DNA of 64,000 bases from the NCBI GenBank assembly GCA_018398765.1, contig JAHBMJ010000443.1, positions 62,001 to 126,000 of the forward strand, written 5' to 3'. The notes under the pieces are model-generated. The model made no database searches, was not told where the DNA came from, and saw only the letters and a list, made by a program, of their open reading frames with translations. Every line of letters begins with the position of its first letter. Positions within the stretch are counted from its first letter, which is position 1. The position numbers were made by a program, and so were the translations under genes. The DNA is from Chromera velia (Eukaryota). This document shows positions 26,038 through 38,751 of this stretch, in pieces.

Positions 26038-26465
26038 TGAGTTGGGTGCTTTTTACCCCCCTAAAGCAGCACATTTCCGCAAAAAACTCGTTCTCATAAT
26101 TGGTAAGGAGTTAGAAGCTGAAACTTTGTGTAAGAAGACGTTGTAACGATAGAAAAAGAACTATAGAACAGATTTTTTATATCATTTCTACAAACATAGG
26201 CTGTCATACATTTTTTTTGATTTTGATGCCATTTTTTAACGGTTTTGAATAGTAAGAAAAACGGTATGAAACTTACAAAATTTGTATGACAGCCTATATT
26301 TCTAGAAATGATATAAAAAATCTGTTCCATAGTTCTTTTTCTATCGTTACAACGTCTTCTTACACAAAGTTTCAGCTTCTAACTCCTTACCAATTATGAG
26401 AACGAGTTTTTTGCGGAAAAGCGCCGGTCTCCTATGCAGAGGGGGGGGCAAAAAGCAGCCCACTC
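26038..26465. mobile_element. Foldback/MITE-like element with long inverted arms
   Basis: 26075-26211 is a near-perfect reverse complement of ~26283-26418. The outer motifs GAGTTGGGTGCTTTTTACCCCCC and GGGGGGCAAAAAGCAGCCCACTC also pair. No TSD was identified. Confidence 0.8.
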
Positions 26466-26961
26466 GGGCTCTTGAGTACAACCAACTCCTGCGTCCTGCC
26501 GCCCAACCGGACGGTCTGTCTGATTGCCTCCGTTGCTTTGATTCTTGCGTTTCTGTCGGCGATTTAAGTGTACGTCAACGTTCAAAAGAGGCGGCCAAGC
26601 GGCTACGAAGATAAGTTGTTCCCTTCGTTCTCTCAGACCAGAACAAACGGAAAGCAGATTTCCAGTGCATTCAATCCACCTGTCTTCCCCCAACCCAGTC
26701 AGACTTGTTCCTTTTCTCTTCTCTGGCCAGAGGAAAGCTGATTGCTTTCACTCACNNNNNNNNNNNNNNNNNNNNNNNNNNNNNNNNNNNNNNNNNNNNN
26801 NNNNNNNNNNNNNNNNNNNNNNNNNNNNNNNNNNNNNCCCATGCATACAGACAGGCAGCGAACCCCCACCCCTCCAGCTAGAAGAGAGAAGGAAATCAGC
26901 CCGCACAGTTCCGCCAAGCTCTTTCCTCTCTTTGACGCAAAGGAAGACCCGCTCTTTTCCT

Positions 26962-27457
26962 CTACTCCTCCCTCTCCCCCTCTCGGCCCCCCTCTCGAGG
27001 ACCACAACAGGAGGCCAGTCGAGAGGCGCTGCCCAGAAACGAGTGGATGATCCACTCAAACACCGGAGCAGGAGGAGCAGGAGGGTTCTCTGCAGAAGAG
27101 GACGAGGAGGAGGAACCGTCTCTCTGCCCGTCTCCTTCCTGCCCGATTCCCTGAGAGGATTGCTCCTCGAGAAGCCTCAAGAGTTCATCGTGACAGATGT
27201 CGAAGGGGAACCAGAGGAAATTCAATTGGGGCCAGAGCGGGTCGCCCTTTGCCCTGCCCCTCTTCTGCATTCATCAACATCGCATTTCTTCGACATGATC
27301 GATCATTGTGGAGAGTGATGAAGAAACTAAACGAAGGAAGGATCGATCACTTGCACGAACAAGGGGGATTCAGGGTTACACGGACCGGAAGTGCTCTTCG
27401 GACGGACGGACAGTCTGCCAGTCTGACTCACACTCACAAACACACACACGCACATAC

Positions 27458-27518
<61 letters not shown>

Positions 27519-30500
27519 ACAAAGAGGTATAGGAAGAGAAAGAGTTTTGCTTGTCGTCCCACCTGAGCAACGTAGAGGGCCAAAGCGAGACGGTGTGCCT
27601 CCTTTTGGACTTGGCCTTCCCCTTCCTGTGCCCTTCTCCTTGCTTCGTCGATCAGCCACCCGTGGACCTGTACGACAAATGAAGACAAAAATAAATGAAA
27701 GACTACAGAAGAAACCAAACAAGCGTAAAAGAAAAAAAACAGAAAGGAATCACGTTCTAGCTCCTTCTCCCTCACAATTGTTTTTTCCATTTCCATCTCT
27801 TCTTCAATCCGCTTCCTCGGCATTCGATTTCGCTCACTTGGCCTTCCAACATTCTGAATTCCAACTGACGTCCACAAGAAAATCCTCCCAGGCATTCCAC
27901 GAGAGGTCCTTCCTCTCCCTAATCTGGTCGCACACCCTGAAGTCCCCCCTCAGGCTGTCTACCTCCCCCTCCCCCCTCGGCCTCTGCCTCTGCTGCCACT
28001 TCCCATTTGGGGCCTGCACAGGGACGCCCAGGACAGAGGAGACCCGCTCCGTCTCGGTTCTTGTCCTCTCGTCGGCAGGTCTGTTGAACATCACCTGAAA
28101 GGAAGACAATTAAGATGTTTTTTTTCTCATTTGAAAAGGCTTCATCTCCATTTGCCTGTCTGAAAGGTCGATCAAGAAGACGATCCATAGGGAGACTCCA
28201 CAGGACTTCAGCATATCAAGTAGATGAAAAGGGAAAAGCACATTCGATAAGCGACGTTTTTATGCTTAACTGCATTCAAACCCATTTTGCATTCAGCGAA
28301 GTGAGACTGGCATGAAGCGCGGGAGTTCGAGGTCTTATTTTGAAATGAGGAAACAACTGCATGTAAAAATTGCTGTCCATCTCTGCTCACCACTGTGAAG
28401 AAAAAGTCAACGGACCTCTGCAGCTTTGGGTTTCACCTCCTTGTCGAAGAACTCCCGTGCCCACTGGAGGAGATCCCCTGCAGCCCTCTGTGTCTCTTCT
28501 GAGGGGGGTCCCTCTTCTCTCTCCACCCAGAGACGCTCGAGAGGGTCGGGGAGAGAGGGGAAGGTGAGGGGCGGAGCGGCTTTCTGCACCAACAGGAAGG
28601 GGAAAAGCAAGCGGGAAAGGAAGGGAAGTTGAAGAGCTGCTCGGGTACAACAAGAGGTCAGCGACATCAGGATAAGAAACAACAGAAAACAAAACTAATC
28701 TGGCTTTCGCTTTTGTCTCGCTGGATGCTGTTTGATGGATGATCAGACACACACGAGAAGGCGGAATTCGGTTTTGCTCCAAAAGACATTTCGAACTTGC
28801 ACCCATAGACTTATTTGATGCATGCATGGACGGACATCTCATTGTCAGATGGCCGACGGATTCTCATGCACTGACGCACGCATCAATCAACGCATTTCCG
28901 TTCACTCTAGTCGAGTCCTCTGGCTGACGCACACACCTACCTTCACTGCCCGTCTGACCAGGTCCCCGAGGAAGCACCTACTGTGATGCTCGCACTGTCT
29001 CTTCCCCTGGTGCGTCTGGTTCAGTTGGAGGAAGCTGTCCCTCTTACCCTCAAAGTCCCACACGCATTTTTTTGCTCTTGGGGGGTCTCGAAAGTCCGCA
29101 CAGGAGATGTAGTCGGGCCAGCCGCCAAACCTGCAAGCGAGCGAGGTCAATGCCACGAAGGTCCCTGGAATCCAACCAATCCACCTACAAGGGTCGGTTT
29201 TTAGGGAAGCCAATGGGAGCGACATCGGAGAAGAAGTCAGCTAGACACAACCACAATTGGAGAAAGAATCTGCACGCTCTTTCGATCATGTGAGACCAAA
29301 AAGTACCCTACCTAACTCCCTCTCTTTCTCTCCCCACCGCTCTCCTTTTTTACCCCACCCTGACTCACGTTTCTAGAATGTGATCCTTCGTGACTGGCTC
29401 TCCTGTCTTGACGCAGTCGAGTGCCTCTTGAGCGAGGTCCCCCACCTTCTCGCAGTAGTCCCTCCACTTGGCACCTTCCAGCTCGGAGTCTTCCTTGTGA
29501 CCCAGCCTGAAAAAAAAAAAAAAGAAACGAGGGTTTTCGATCTGATTGGACATATTATATTGCTACAAGCACAGAAAAGACAAGAAAGGGTGAAACACGG
29601 ACACAAACAAATGAGCGAATGAAAGAAAGACAGCACGCACATCTCTCTTCATGCAAGTGCTCAGGTACCACACCGACGTACCAACTCACCATCTCATCAA
29701 GTGCCAGTCGAGTAGTCCTGCACACACACACACACATACATACATACATGAATTGCAAAGATACAAACGAAAGTAGGAGCAGAGGGAGCAAGGGAGGCAG
29801 GGACAGGTGGGGGGAGAGTGTGTCTCAAAATAAAACCGGTGGAACAATAACTCACAAACGCACAGGAGAATGAAGAACGCCAAGCAAGCAAAACCAAGCC
29901 AGAGAGAGGGCTTGCTCGAGCCCTCCAGTTGATCCCCCAACTGACCGAGTGCGTTCTGGCTCAGAGATGCCGCCAGGTCCCTGTGGGTGTGGTTGAACGT
30001 CTTTCCCTCCGGGGGGACATGGGGAGTCGGAGGGGAGTCTTCGGCTGTTGCAGCTGCGCGGTCCTCTTGGTCCCTTTGCTCTGCATAGGTCAGATCCGCA
30101 TGTTGAGGACCAAAGAATGGACGCGTAGTTTCATCATTGCGCGGTTGAAAAAGCAGAGCAACAATGAAACATAAAAGGAATGACAGAAGATATTTCACCG
30201 GAGCGATTGGCAGAAAGAAAGTGACAGAGGAGGAAATTGACAGGATGGGATAAGAAGCCCTTCAAAGTGGAATCGCACGCACACCGGGCCTGCCTGCCTA
30301 CCTTGTTGATGCTCCGACTTCTTTTCTTTTTTCGCCGGGACTGCAATCGAGGGAGGCTCGTCTGTGATCGAGGAAAGCAGAGGTGGGTAGTCGGTGATGA
30401 ACACCCAGTCCCCGTCTGCATCTGCCCCACTTAGCTCCATGAGCTTCGGGTGGGGTCCCCTTGCAGAGAAGACGATTACTCCCTTCAGGTGACGGAGCTC

Positions 30501-33500
30501 TGGCCTGTCCACACCCGTCACGATGCGCACACCTGAACAGAGAAGTAACAGGAGTTCTCTACATCAGAGAGCCCAGGAAGGAAGGAAGGAAGGAAGGAAG
30601 GAAGGGAGAAAGAAAAAAAGGAAGACAAAATCCGGAAAGACATCGGACAATTAAAGCCCCGCTTTACACACATGCCTCAACAGAAGCAGCTGAAAGAGTT
30701 CTTCGAGAATCACACTCAATTTTGTGGATTCTTTGTGCAACACTTGCCAAACGCTGTTGCGAGAAAGTAAGAGGCTCTTCGTCCTCAATTTTCGTTCTTG
30801 TCCATTCTCTCCTCCCCTTCCCTCTCCGTCCCGTCTCTGTTCTTCATCGTTGCGTCCTTTTCCCTACAAACACTCCTTCTCGTGTCCTTTGCAAGTACGG
30901 TCTCCCCTCCGCCCATCATGCGATAAGCCGCCGCTGCTCGACTGACCGCTTATCTTGTAGAGTGGGTGTTTGGCTGAGGCGAGTGGTCCCGTGACCACGC
31001 AGAAGCGGTCTTCGTCGTCCTCGCCCTTGCCTCGGACGGGGACCTGCTAGTGCATGCAAACGTGCTCCATGGGACAATAAGAATCAAATCATGTCAGTCA
31101 GTTACTTAGTCAGTCGGAAGGAAAGAAAGAAAGAAATGACCGAACGGAGGAAGGAGGCATGCAAGACGGGCAAGTGGGAGAGGCAAAAAAAGAAGGGCAG
31201 AAGCGATCCTGCCAGGGTGGTACCTGAAAAAGAAAGAGGCCCAGAATGCGGTAGAAGAACGCATCACTCTCACACGACCCCCTGTCCATTTTTGTCTTAA
31301 TTCTGCGGCAACAAACTCCCCCCCTGTCGCTCCAGGCCAAGAGCCCGACGTCGCGACAGACCTGCACAAAGATCTCATCATGCTCCAGGCAATCCCGCTT
31401 GTCGATAACCGCCATGCCCCACCAAGCCCTGGTGTTCCCCTCCGCGTCCTCGACCGGAATCCGGAGTCTGCATGCTCTCCATGCGTGTGGAGGGAAAGGG
31501 GGGCAAACGATGGCGCAAAAATGTGGCTTTGCTCGGATCGGGCTTGAGAGAGAGCGAATGAGACTTGGCAAACATGTTGCTTCCTTGAGGACATCCTCGA
31601 AGGTGTTAATTGGGACATCTGAATATGTAAGGGATTCAATCACACGCATGCAGACTGCTTCCTTCCTTTGACTCACTAATCAACTCTCTATCAGACTGAT
31701 CAACCAACTTTGCATAATCTTCCCCGTCCCGCACAGACGCTCTGAGTTCTCCCATGACCTTATTTTGGAGGAACTTGACCAGCTCGGGAATGCAAACTAT
31801 TGGGAGGCCTGCTCTGAGGAGTTCCCGCCATCGGTCGCACTGATCGGCCTTTCCTGTAATCCCCGCCTTCCGAAGTTGTCGTGCTGTGCTGCAGAGAGAA
31901 AGGAAGGGAGGAAGATCAGAGAGAATGAGAATATCCACTGCCGCCTCATCATGGTTCACACGGACTTGAACGAGAAGAGAAGCAGGGGAGGCAGGAAAGG
32001 CGAAGAAGGAGCAAGCGGAGAAACCCAGAGATGCATCTGCGAACAAACAATTGTACTTTGACGGTGTTCAAAAACCACCTTCCCTTTATATTTCTCCTTT
32101 TATTTCTCTCACGAGTACCCATCGGTCGCCTCTCTGCACCATGCTGTCACCATCCATCCACTCTCCTTCCCCTCGACCCCTCCCCCCCGGAACTCCCTCC
32201 CCAGTTCTCTCTGACTGAGTCTACTCCTCCCTGACCGTTTCAGGTGTCGAATGACGAATTTCGGCTCATTGGAGAACTTCTGCAAGGTCTCGAACTGTTG
32301 CGTCTGGAGGTCCAGGAACACCTCTGCCGGAGTGCCGCGCGCTCTGAACACGTGCATCAACTGCAAGACAATAAGTCAACAAAAAGTGGAACAGAGCAAA
32401 TAAAGTGCATATGGGCGAGGTGGAAGTAATGGGCAGTCGTGGGAACGATTCAGAAGTTGCACGACAATCCATTCTTTTGTTTCTTTTATTTTTGTCCCTG
32501 GCTGGTAAAGAGAAGAAAAAATGAGAAAAACCGATGGGGAACAAAACAAGTTGAAACAACGTATGGAACCCGGAGAAAGTCGCTCTGTTTCGACCATTCT
32601 ATAGTGTCCCTTTCCCTTTGCAATGCGATCGCAGAGCTTCGATCTGTTGCCTCTCTTTCTCTGTTGCTCCTCAACCTCCGGCCTGCCTGGGCTGTGCGTG
32701 TGCGTGTGCGTGTGTGCATAGATATGTGTGTGAGAGAGAAAGAGAAAGAACGAGGGAGAGAGAGACGGCGTGGTTCGATCGACCTGGCAGTTCAACTGTC
32801 CCCTTTTGATCTTTGCTTCCTGGAGAATGTGCATCGGGAGGGCGTCCACAGCCTCCGTTCCCTTGAACTTCAACATGCTGCGGGGAAACTCAATCTGCAG
32901 GCCGGCAGGCAGGCAGGCACAAGAGGAGGGAGGGAGGAATTGAAGAAGAGCAGGTCTCCATGGAAGACGCAGGGCGCTCGAGAGAGACAGCGTAATCGCA
33001 TTGGCAGACGAGATTTGGGAGTTTTCAGACTTGAGTCCAGGCAAGGAGATGGAACAAAAAAGGAAAGGAAAGAGGGCAACCTGAGGGGGCAGGCACGCAG
33101 GTTAGTTCACGACACGAGATAGTACCACAGGACCGAAGCGGTAAATTACAAAAAGTCTGTGGGAGGCGCCGAACAGGTGAGAGAGGAAAAGCAAACGAAG
33201 TCCCCCTTTCCAACCTGCTCACGGAGAGAGAAAAAGCAAACGCTTCACGCCATGTGACGGGACAGTGCATACGTGTTCAAGCCTCTCCTCCATCCACTCA
33301 CCTTCTTTGCCGGCAGGTTTTTGTCCATTGTGAGAGTTCCCTTGTAGCCCTTGTACCTCAGCTGGAAGGTCGTGAAATTCACGTCTGTTCTTCCGGCTGT
33401 CTCCCCGACCGTCTTCCAGATAGACCGGAACACGCCCTCCCCTGCTGACCCGTTCCCGTCAGAGAACACGAATCCGTTTCTCTCAATATCGTCGACCAGT

Positions 33501-34091
33501 TCGTCATCGACGCCCTCCACCTCCACAGGTTGCCCTCGAGAAAAGAGCAGACCAATTCTGAGGGCCTCTTTCGGAGTCATGTTCTGCCCTCTGTTCTCAA
33601 ATCCGCACATCGCAGCGATCTTGTTCACGTCAATAGGGTCCATCGCATTTTCAGCAACGGACTTTCCGATGAACCACACAGTCCCGTCTCTCGCAGCGTT
33701 ATCCGAGATGCAGAAGGGGAAAAAAATAAAACTGCCTGCAACGAGAACGGCGGACAAAGGATACGGCATGACGCAGAAAGGCGGCAGACTGCAGGAGGGT
33801 TCACCGATACAAAGAGCCGAGAGACGGCTGACCATGTCTGATGCCCTGACTGGCATTGTCCCACCAAGATTTGATTTCATCACTCGTGATTCCATACCGG
33901 GTACGGGCTTGCAGCCTGGAGTCCCTTTGGAAACTTCGTTCTGGTTTTCCGTAGGTAACACATGCCAGACTAAGCTCGGGAAACAGGGCTGCAAACCGCG
34001 TATCCTTTGCAGATTCTCTAAGGGTGACAGTGCCTTGGAAGGACGGGCAAGTCTCCGTCACATCTGATTCTGCCGAGATGTACACTGCCAT
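26962..34091 (-). CDS. Eukaryotic (cellular) RNA-dependent RNA polymerase, RdRP/RDR family, multi-exon
   Basis: Motifs occur in the expected order: LRIGLLFS, DDIERNGFVFSDGNG, FQLRYKGYKGTL, FPRSMLKF, QLNCQ, RIPV...GMAVIDKRDCLEHDEIFVQ, AKHPLY, LRHLKGVIVFSARG...LSGADADGDW (DADGD at 30408-30422), LAQEALDCVKTG, SRCFLGDL, LALALY and FLWFPFD. Exons are flanked by GT-AG. Confidence 0.95.
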
Positions 34092-34419
34092 TCGTGCGTT
34101 CAGACGTCAACAGCAGACTGCCCGGGAAAGGAAGTCGGGAACCTCCAAAACTCTGAAGGAGCTTCCTGCAGTGAAATGAAAGCGCGACCGTGCAAGAAAA
34201 AACACTTGACAGTCAAGAGAAGCGAGAAGGTCTTGGGTAGATCTGTAATGGCCCTGAAATTTGATCCTCCTTGTTCAGCAGGCCTGGCCGAAGCGAAGTC
34301 GTGAGAGTTGACGGTTCGATCGATGGCAAGTTGTGCCAAGTCTCGTGAGTCTGGCACTTCAGTTCAATGGAACGCGTTTTCTGTCAGACGGACGGGTGCC
34401 GTCTCGCTCCAATTCTCTC

Positions 34420-34537
34420 AAGCAACGCGCGCGTGCGCGGGGGGGCCCTTGCAAAAGCGGTAGACGGTAAAAGCCGCGCGGCCCCCGCGCGGGCCCGCGC
34501 GGCGCGGCACGCAGCCGATGCCACTGCATGCATGCAC
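34420..34537. promoter_or_regulatory. GC-rich CGCG cluster plus TGCATGCA in the divergent RdRP/ankyrin promoter
   Basis: CGCGCGCG, AAAAGCCGCGCGG...GCACGCAGCCG and TGCATGCATGCA lie between two head-to-head starts. TGCATGCA is a known ApiAP2-bound motif in apicomplexans; function here is inferred. Confidence 0.45.
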
Positions 34538-34844
34538 ACAATTGCACACACCTAGCTTGAATCATCTTGAACATATCTTGAACCGTCGCACATCGTCGCA
34601 CTGATTCGCACTGTGACTCACACGATCTCACACTGTCATCGATATTCATCGATATCGCCACTCTTCATCATCTCTTCATCACTCCTCATCAGTCAGAACA
34701 GCTCTGCAGTAAGATCAGAATCCTTGTACGATTGATTCGGGCGCTCGTCAGCTTCTCACGTCCAGTTCAACATTTGTTTAATCAGTCGGGCGTCGCCAAG
34801 TCGCGATCATTTGAGTCAGCTTCCAACAGGACGATTTCATTGAG

Positions 34845-36398
34845 ATGGAAGACCTAACCGCCAGCGTGCTTTTTGTTCTCGGTGACCTCGCCCGATTTGA
34901 GGACACCCTCACCCAATTTGTCCATGAAGTGAAGAGCAAGAAAGACGTTCTCAAGAGCTTCCTTCCCAAAGATCTTCAGTCTGCAATTCCGTCTCCGTCT
35001 CCCCCCGCTTCCCCCCTTCCCGATTCCCCGTCTATGTCCCGCCTCTGGGAGCTGCTCACGGACTTCAAGAAACAGTCCCGAGTAGAGCTCAACCAGATCA
35101 CCAACAGACACTACAAGTTCGACTTCGAAAAGCTCATTGATGCGAACCTGCAGAACCTCACCCTTCCCTTCCAGCCCATCAGCACCCAAACCTTCTTCAC
35201 CTCCCTGAAGACATCCAAAGACCTCGCCACTGTCCTCAAAGTCGGGGTTGACGTGAACGCTCTGCAGCCACTGTCAAGCAGATGGGCCCGTCCGAGGACC
35301 GCCCTGATGCTAGCAGTGATCCACAACAACCTGTATGCGGTAAGAACACTTCTCCGCGCAGGTGCCGACAAAGAGGTCGAAGTTCCAATCAGTGAGCAGC
35401 CCCCCACCGATGGCCCAGAGCCAACCTATAGTGCCGGGGAAGGTATGAGAGCTCTGCACTTTGCCTGCACGCACGGACGACCAGAGATTTTCCGATTTCT
35501 GGTTGCTCAGGGTGCGAAGGTGACTGTGACAGACGCCAACAACGAGAGCGCTCTGCACTTTGCAGCACAGGGCTCCCCCCCCGATATTGTAGAGTTTCTC
35601 CTCTCGCAGGGGCTTGGCGTGAATGCTAAAGGAAGCAAAGGTGACACTCCCCTCCTGTATGCTGCTTGTGAGAAAGATTTTGAGAATGCGAAGGTTCTGA
35701 TTTCTCACGGGGCCGATGTGAATGCAAGAAGCACAGAAGGGGAGACTCCTCTCCTGCTTGCCGCCTCCGCAGACCTTCTTGAGAATGCCAAGCTTCTGGT
35801 TTCTCATGGGGCCGATGTGAATGCAAGAGGCACAGAACAGGAGACTCCTCTCCTGCTTGCCGCCTCCGCAGACCTTCTTGAGAATGCCAAGCTTCTGGTT
35901 TCTCATGGGGCCGATGTGAATGCAAGAGGCACAGAAGGGGAGACTCCTCTCCTGCTTGCCGCCTCCGCAGACCTTCTTGAGAATGCCAAGCTTCTGGTTT
36001 CTCATGGGGCCGAAGTGAAAGTGATGGATGAGTGGGAGCGCACAATTTTACACCACGCGGCAGCGAATTGGTCGTTTGAGTTCACAGAATACGCCCTCGA
36101 GCAGGGCATATCTGTGAATGCGCTGACTTGTGATCGTTTCAACGCGTTGCATATGCTTTGCCTTGCTCATGATCCATCCGCTAGAGGAAAGGAGGGGAAG
36201 AAGGACCCTGTCGGGTTGAAGATTGCCCAACTCCTAGTCGAGAGGGGGGTCGACCTTCATGCAAAGGACGATAATGGCCAGACAGCACGTGTCTGTGCAG
36301 AGTGTTACCTGGATGCCTGGCAAGACTGTGAAGAAGATGAGATCGTTCCTCATGAGATCACTCAGTTCCTCTATGAAAAGATGGGGATTGAATATTGA
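34845..36398 (+). CDS. Intronless ankyrin-repeat protein, 517 aa
   Basis: ATG-to-TGA ORF with about 10 ankyrin repeats (RTALMLA, ESALHFAA, GDTPLLYA, GETPLLLAA...GADVNA). Confidence 0.95.
   Translation: MEDLTASVLFVLGDLARFEDTLTQFVHEVKSKKDVLKSFLPKDLQSAIPSPSPPASPLPDSPSMSRLWELLTDFKKQSRVELNQITNRHYKFDFEKLIDANLQNLTLPFQPISTQTFFTSLKTSKDLATVLKVGVDVNALQPLSSRWARPRTALMLAVIHNNLYAVRTLLRAGADKEVEVPISEQPPTDGPEPTYSAGEGMRALHFACTHGRPEIFRFLVAQGAKVTVTDANNESALHFAAQGSPPDIVEFLLSQGLGVNAKGSKGDTPLLYAACEKDFENAKVLISHGADVNARSTEGETPLLLAASADLLENAKLLVSHGADVNARGTEQETPLLLAASADLLENAKLLVSHGADVNARGTEGETPLLLAASADLLENAKLLVSHGAEVKVMDEWERTILHHAAANWSFEFTEYALEQGISVNALTCDRFNALHMLCLAHDPSARGKEGKKDPVGLKIAQLLVERGVDLHAKDDNGQTARVCAECYLDAWQDCEEDEIVPHEITQFLYEKMGIEY
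35682..36013 (+). repeat. ~3.3 near-identical 99-bp tandem units, each encoding one ankyrin repeat
   Basis: Units start at 35682, 35781, 35880 and 35979 (GAGAATGC...GACCTTCTT). Confidence 0.95.
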
Positions 36399-36423
36399 GA
36401 TGACCGGCGTGCGGGTGTGCCTG

Positions 36424-36462
<39 letters not shown>

Positions 36463-36473
36463 CTGTGTGTGTG

Positions 36474-36513
<40 letters not shown>

Positions 36514-38751
36514 GGTGGGGTGTTGAAGAGACGGGGGGTGCAAGGGTCGGAGCAGGTGTTTGAAGTTAGACACCCGTTTCCACTCATGAATCCGCTTGGT
36601 CAATCAAATTGAATCAATCGAGTGGGATCGATTCTAGGATCGACTCTTCTTTCTTATATTCAAGCACTGCACACTAATGTACAAGCTGTAACAAACCCCT
36701 GACCTAGACCCTAACATTTAATACCCTGTGTAAAAACTCTCTACACTTAGTAGTCTCTACATGTTTTTTCCTAGCTTTTTTAAGCTTTTTGTAGCCTTTT
36801 GAGCTTTCAAAATTTATTTTTTAGAAATTAAAAGTTGAGGCTGTTACTGTTCAGGTCGAATCCTATGTGCAAAGGTAGGTTTGACCTAGGGTTTGACAGT
36901 CAAATGTGATCTTTTTCTTTGTTTTCGCTAGTGTTTCCGTCTTGAAAAAAAAAATAAACGAATCAAATTAATTTAACGCTATACATTTTTCAAGTTCTCT
37001 CTTTTTTTTTTTAACATAAGTACAACGCCTAAATAATAGCCTAGATATTTCGTAGTAAATTCCAGAATAAATTTTACCATCTGTTTAGACTAAATATAGG
37101 TGCCCATAATACTTTTTTTGTTAATTGATCGTAAATAAATGAATGATTTGGATTTGCATGGTTCCGTACATGTCTTACAAAGAAGACTCTATAGAGAAGA
37201 TAAAAGAGAAGATAATTTGCTTGCTGTAGGATGGAGTCAGCATGAAATTTAATTAAACTTAATTTGTTGATAAGAGTTACAAAAAAAAAAAGAGTCACAA
37301 GAAGCATTTCATCATCATCAATACATGCACCCATTGCATGGATCTACAGGCAAGCACCCCGCCCACGAATGGCTGTGACACCAGCAGCTCATCATGTACA
37401 CGTTGCATAAAAAAATGATTTTAGCAATGTGAATGTCTCACACCCGAAATTGGAGCATTCACAACTCTTTGAGAGCCTGAGGTGCTTTCACTCTCACCAC
37501 ATGGACCGGTTTGTGTGCAAATTTCAATCGCTGATCGATCGAATTCGTTCCACTGGCACATTAGTGGGCCCGTGCCTGGATGCAGAGACTGAATTCCCAC
37601 GACACGTCTCCTTTGTCGGGTTTGAATCGCTATCGCAATTGTGAGCATTCTCAGTTTCTTGTTGGTATTCATTCTCTCCAATCCAACGACTCTGTCACGC
37701 AAAATCTCATGTCTCAGTCGCCTCCCATCCTTTCACGAAAAAGAAGACTCGAAAGACACAGGCATGCGCGACGGCATAGATGGTACGTTTGAATGACGAA
37801 AAGGATGCACTGAATTTTTGAATTAATTCCGATCATGAGGTCGCACCAAATGCGATCTTCTCACTGTTTAATCGGACTACGCATATTGGAACGAACAGAT
37901 TTGATTTCTTCTCGGATGAATCAATGCATGGAGAAATGTAGAAGAATTCATGTCACACATGCAGAAGCCTCCCATCCCAGAACCCCCCCAAGCTACACGT
38001 TGATGAATTCAGAAGCAAAGAAAAGAAGTAACCCCCCCCACCCCCCCGGGCCACCCCCGACCTACCTCATCTTCATTTTCCTCTAGTTATTTTTCCCGCA
38101 TCTGTGCATGTGCATACCCACCGAAAGAAATCATTTGACGCACGCCAATTGACCTTCCGGCCACAAATCCACATGCATCTCCCTTTCAGTCGGTCTAGCT
38201 GAGAGATGGAAATCAGGGGATGGATATGCATATGTGCATGCAGGGCTGCGTCCAGGTCTTGGATCTGTACTTGCATTGTCGTTATTGTTGTCTTTCTCCT
38301 TTATACATACCCTTGTGACGTCGACCTCTGAGCCGTTATTTCAATCATTCATTCAATCCATTTTCTCTCTTCCGTTCTCTGTTGTAGTCCTCCTGAAATC
38401 CTGACTGGTCCACGACTACGTAATGCATGCTTGGAAGCACGCATTGAATTCATACTCTCGCACGTACATGCATGAAATGAAACTTTTCTCTACAGGAACC
38501 TTCTTTTGTTTGCTCTCCTTCGGTCCTCAGATCACTTTTCCTTTCTCCCTGAATGAATACGTGTGCGTACCTGGACTCTTGGGATGACTTTTCTTTTCTT
38601 CTATGTCTGCGTCTGTACGCGTGCACAGGTCACTCTCTCATGCACTGGAGGTCTGCTTCCTCAACTGTCTATCATGCTGGAGGAAGTCTGACATTCAGGC
38701 TGCAAGGTGTATTCTTTCAGGTCAGTCAGTCAATTTGACTCACTCACTCAC

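Noticed and set aside
26962..34091. Viral origin of the RdRP
   Set aside because: It has the cellular DxDGD double-psi-barrel motifs and spliceosomal introns, not the viral GDD palm motifs.
35682..36013. CRISPR-like array
   Set aside because: These are contiguous 99-bp coding repeats without unique spacers, in a eukaryotic context with no cas genes.
36845..36905. Weak inverted similarity to 59420-59480
   Set aside because: Too short and degenerate to call a repeat family by eye.
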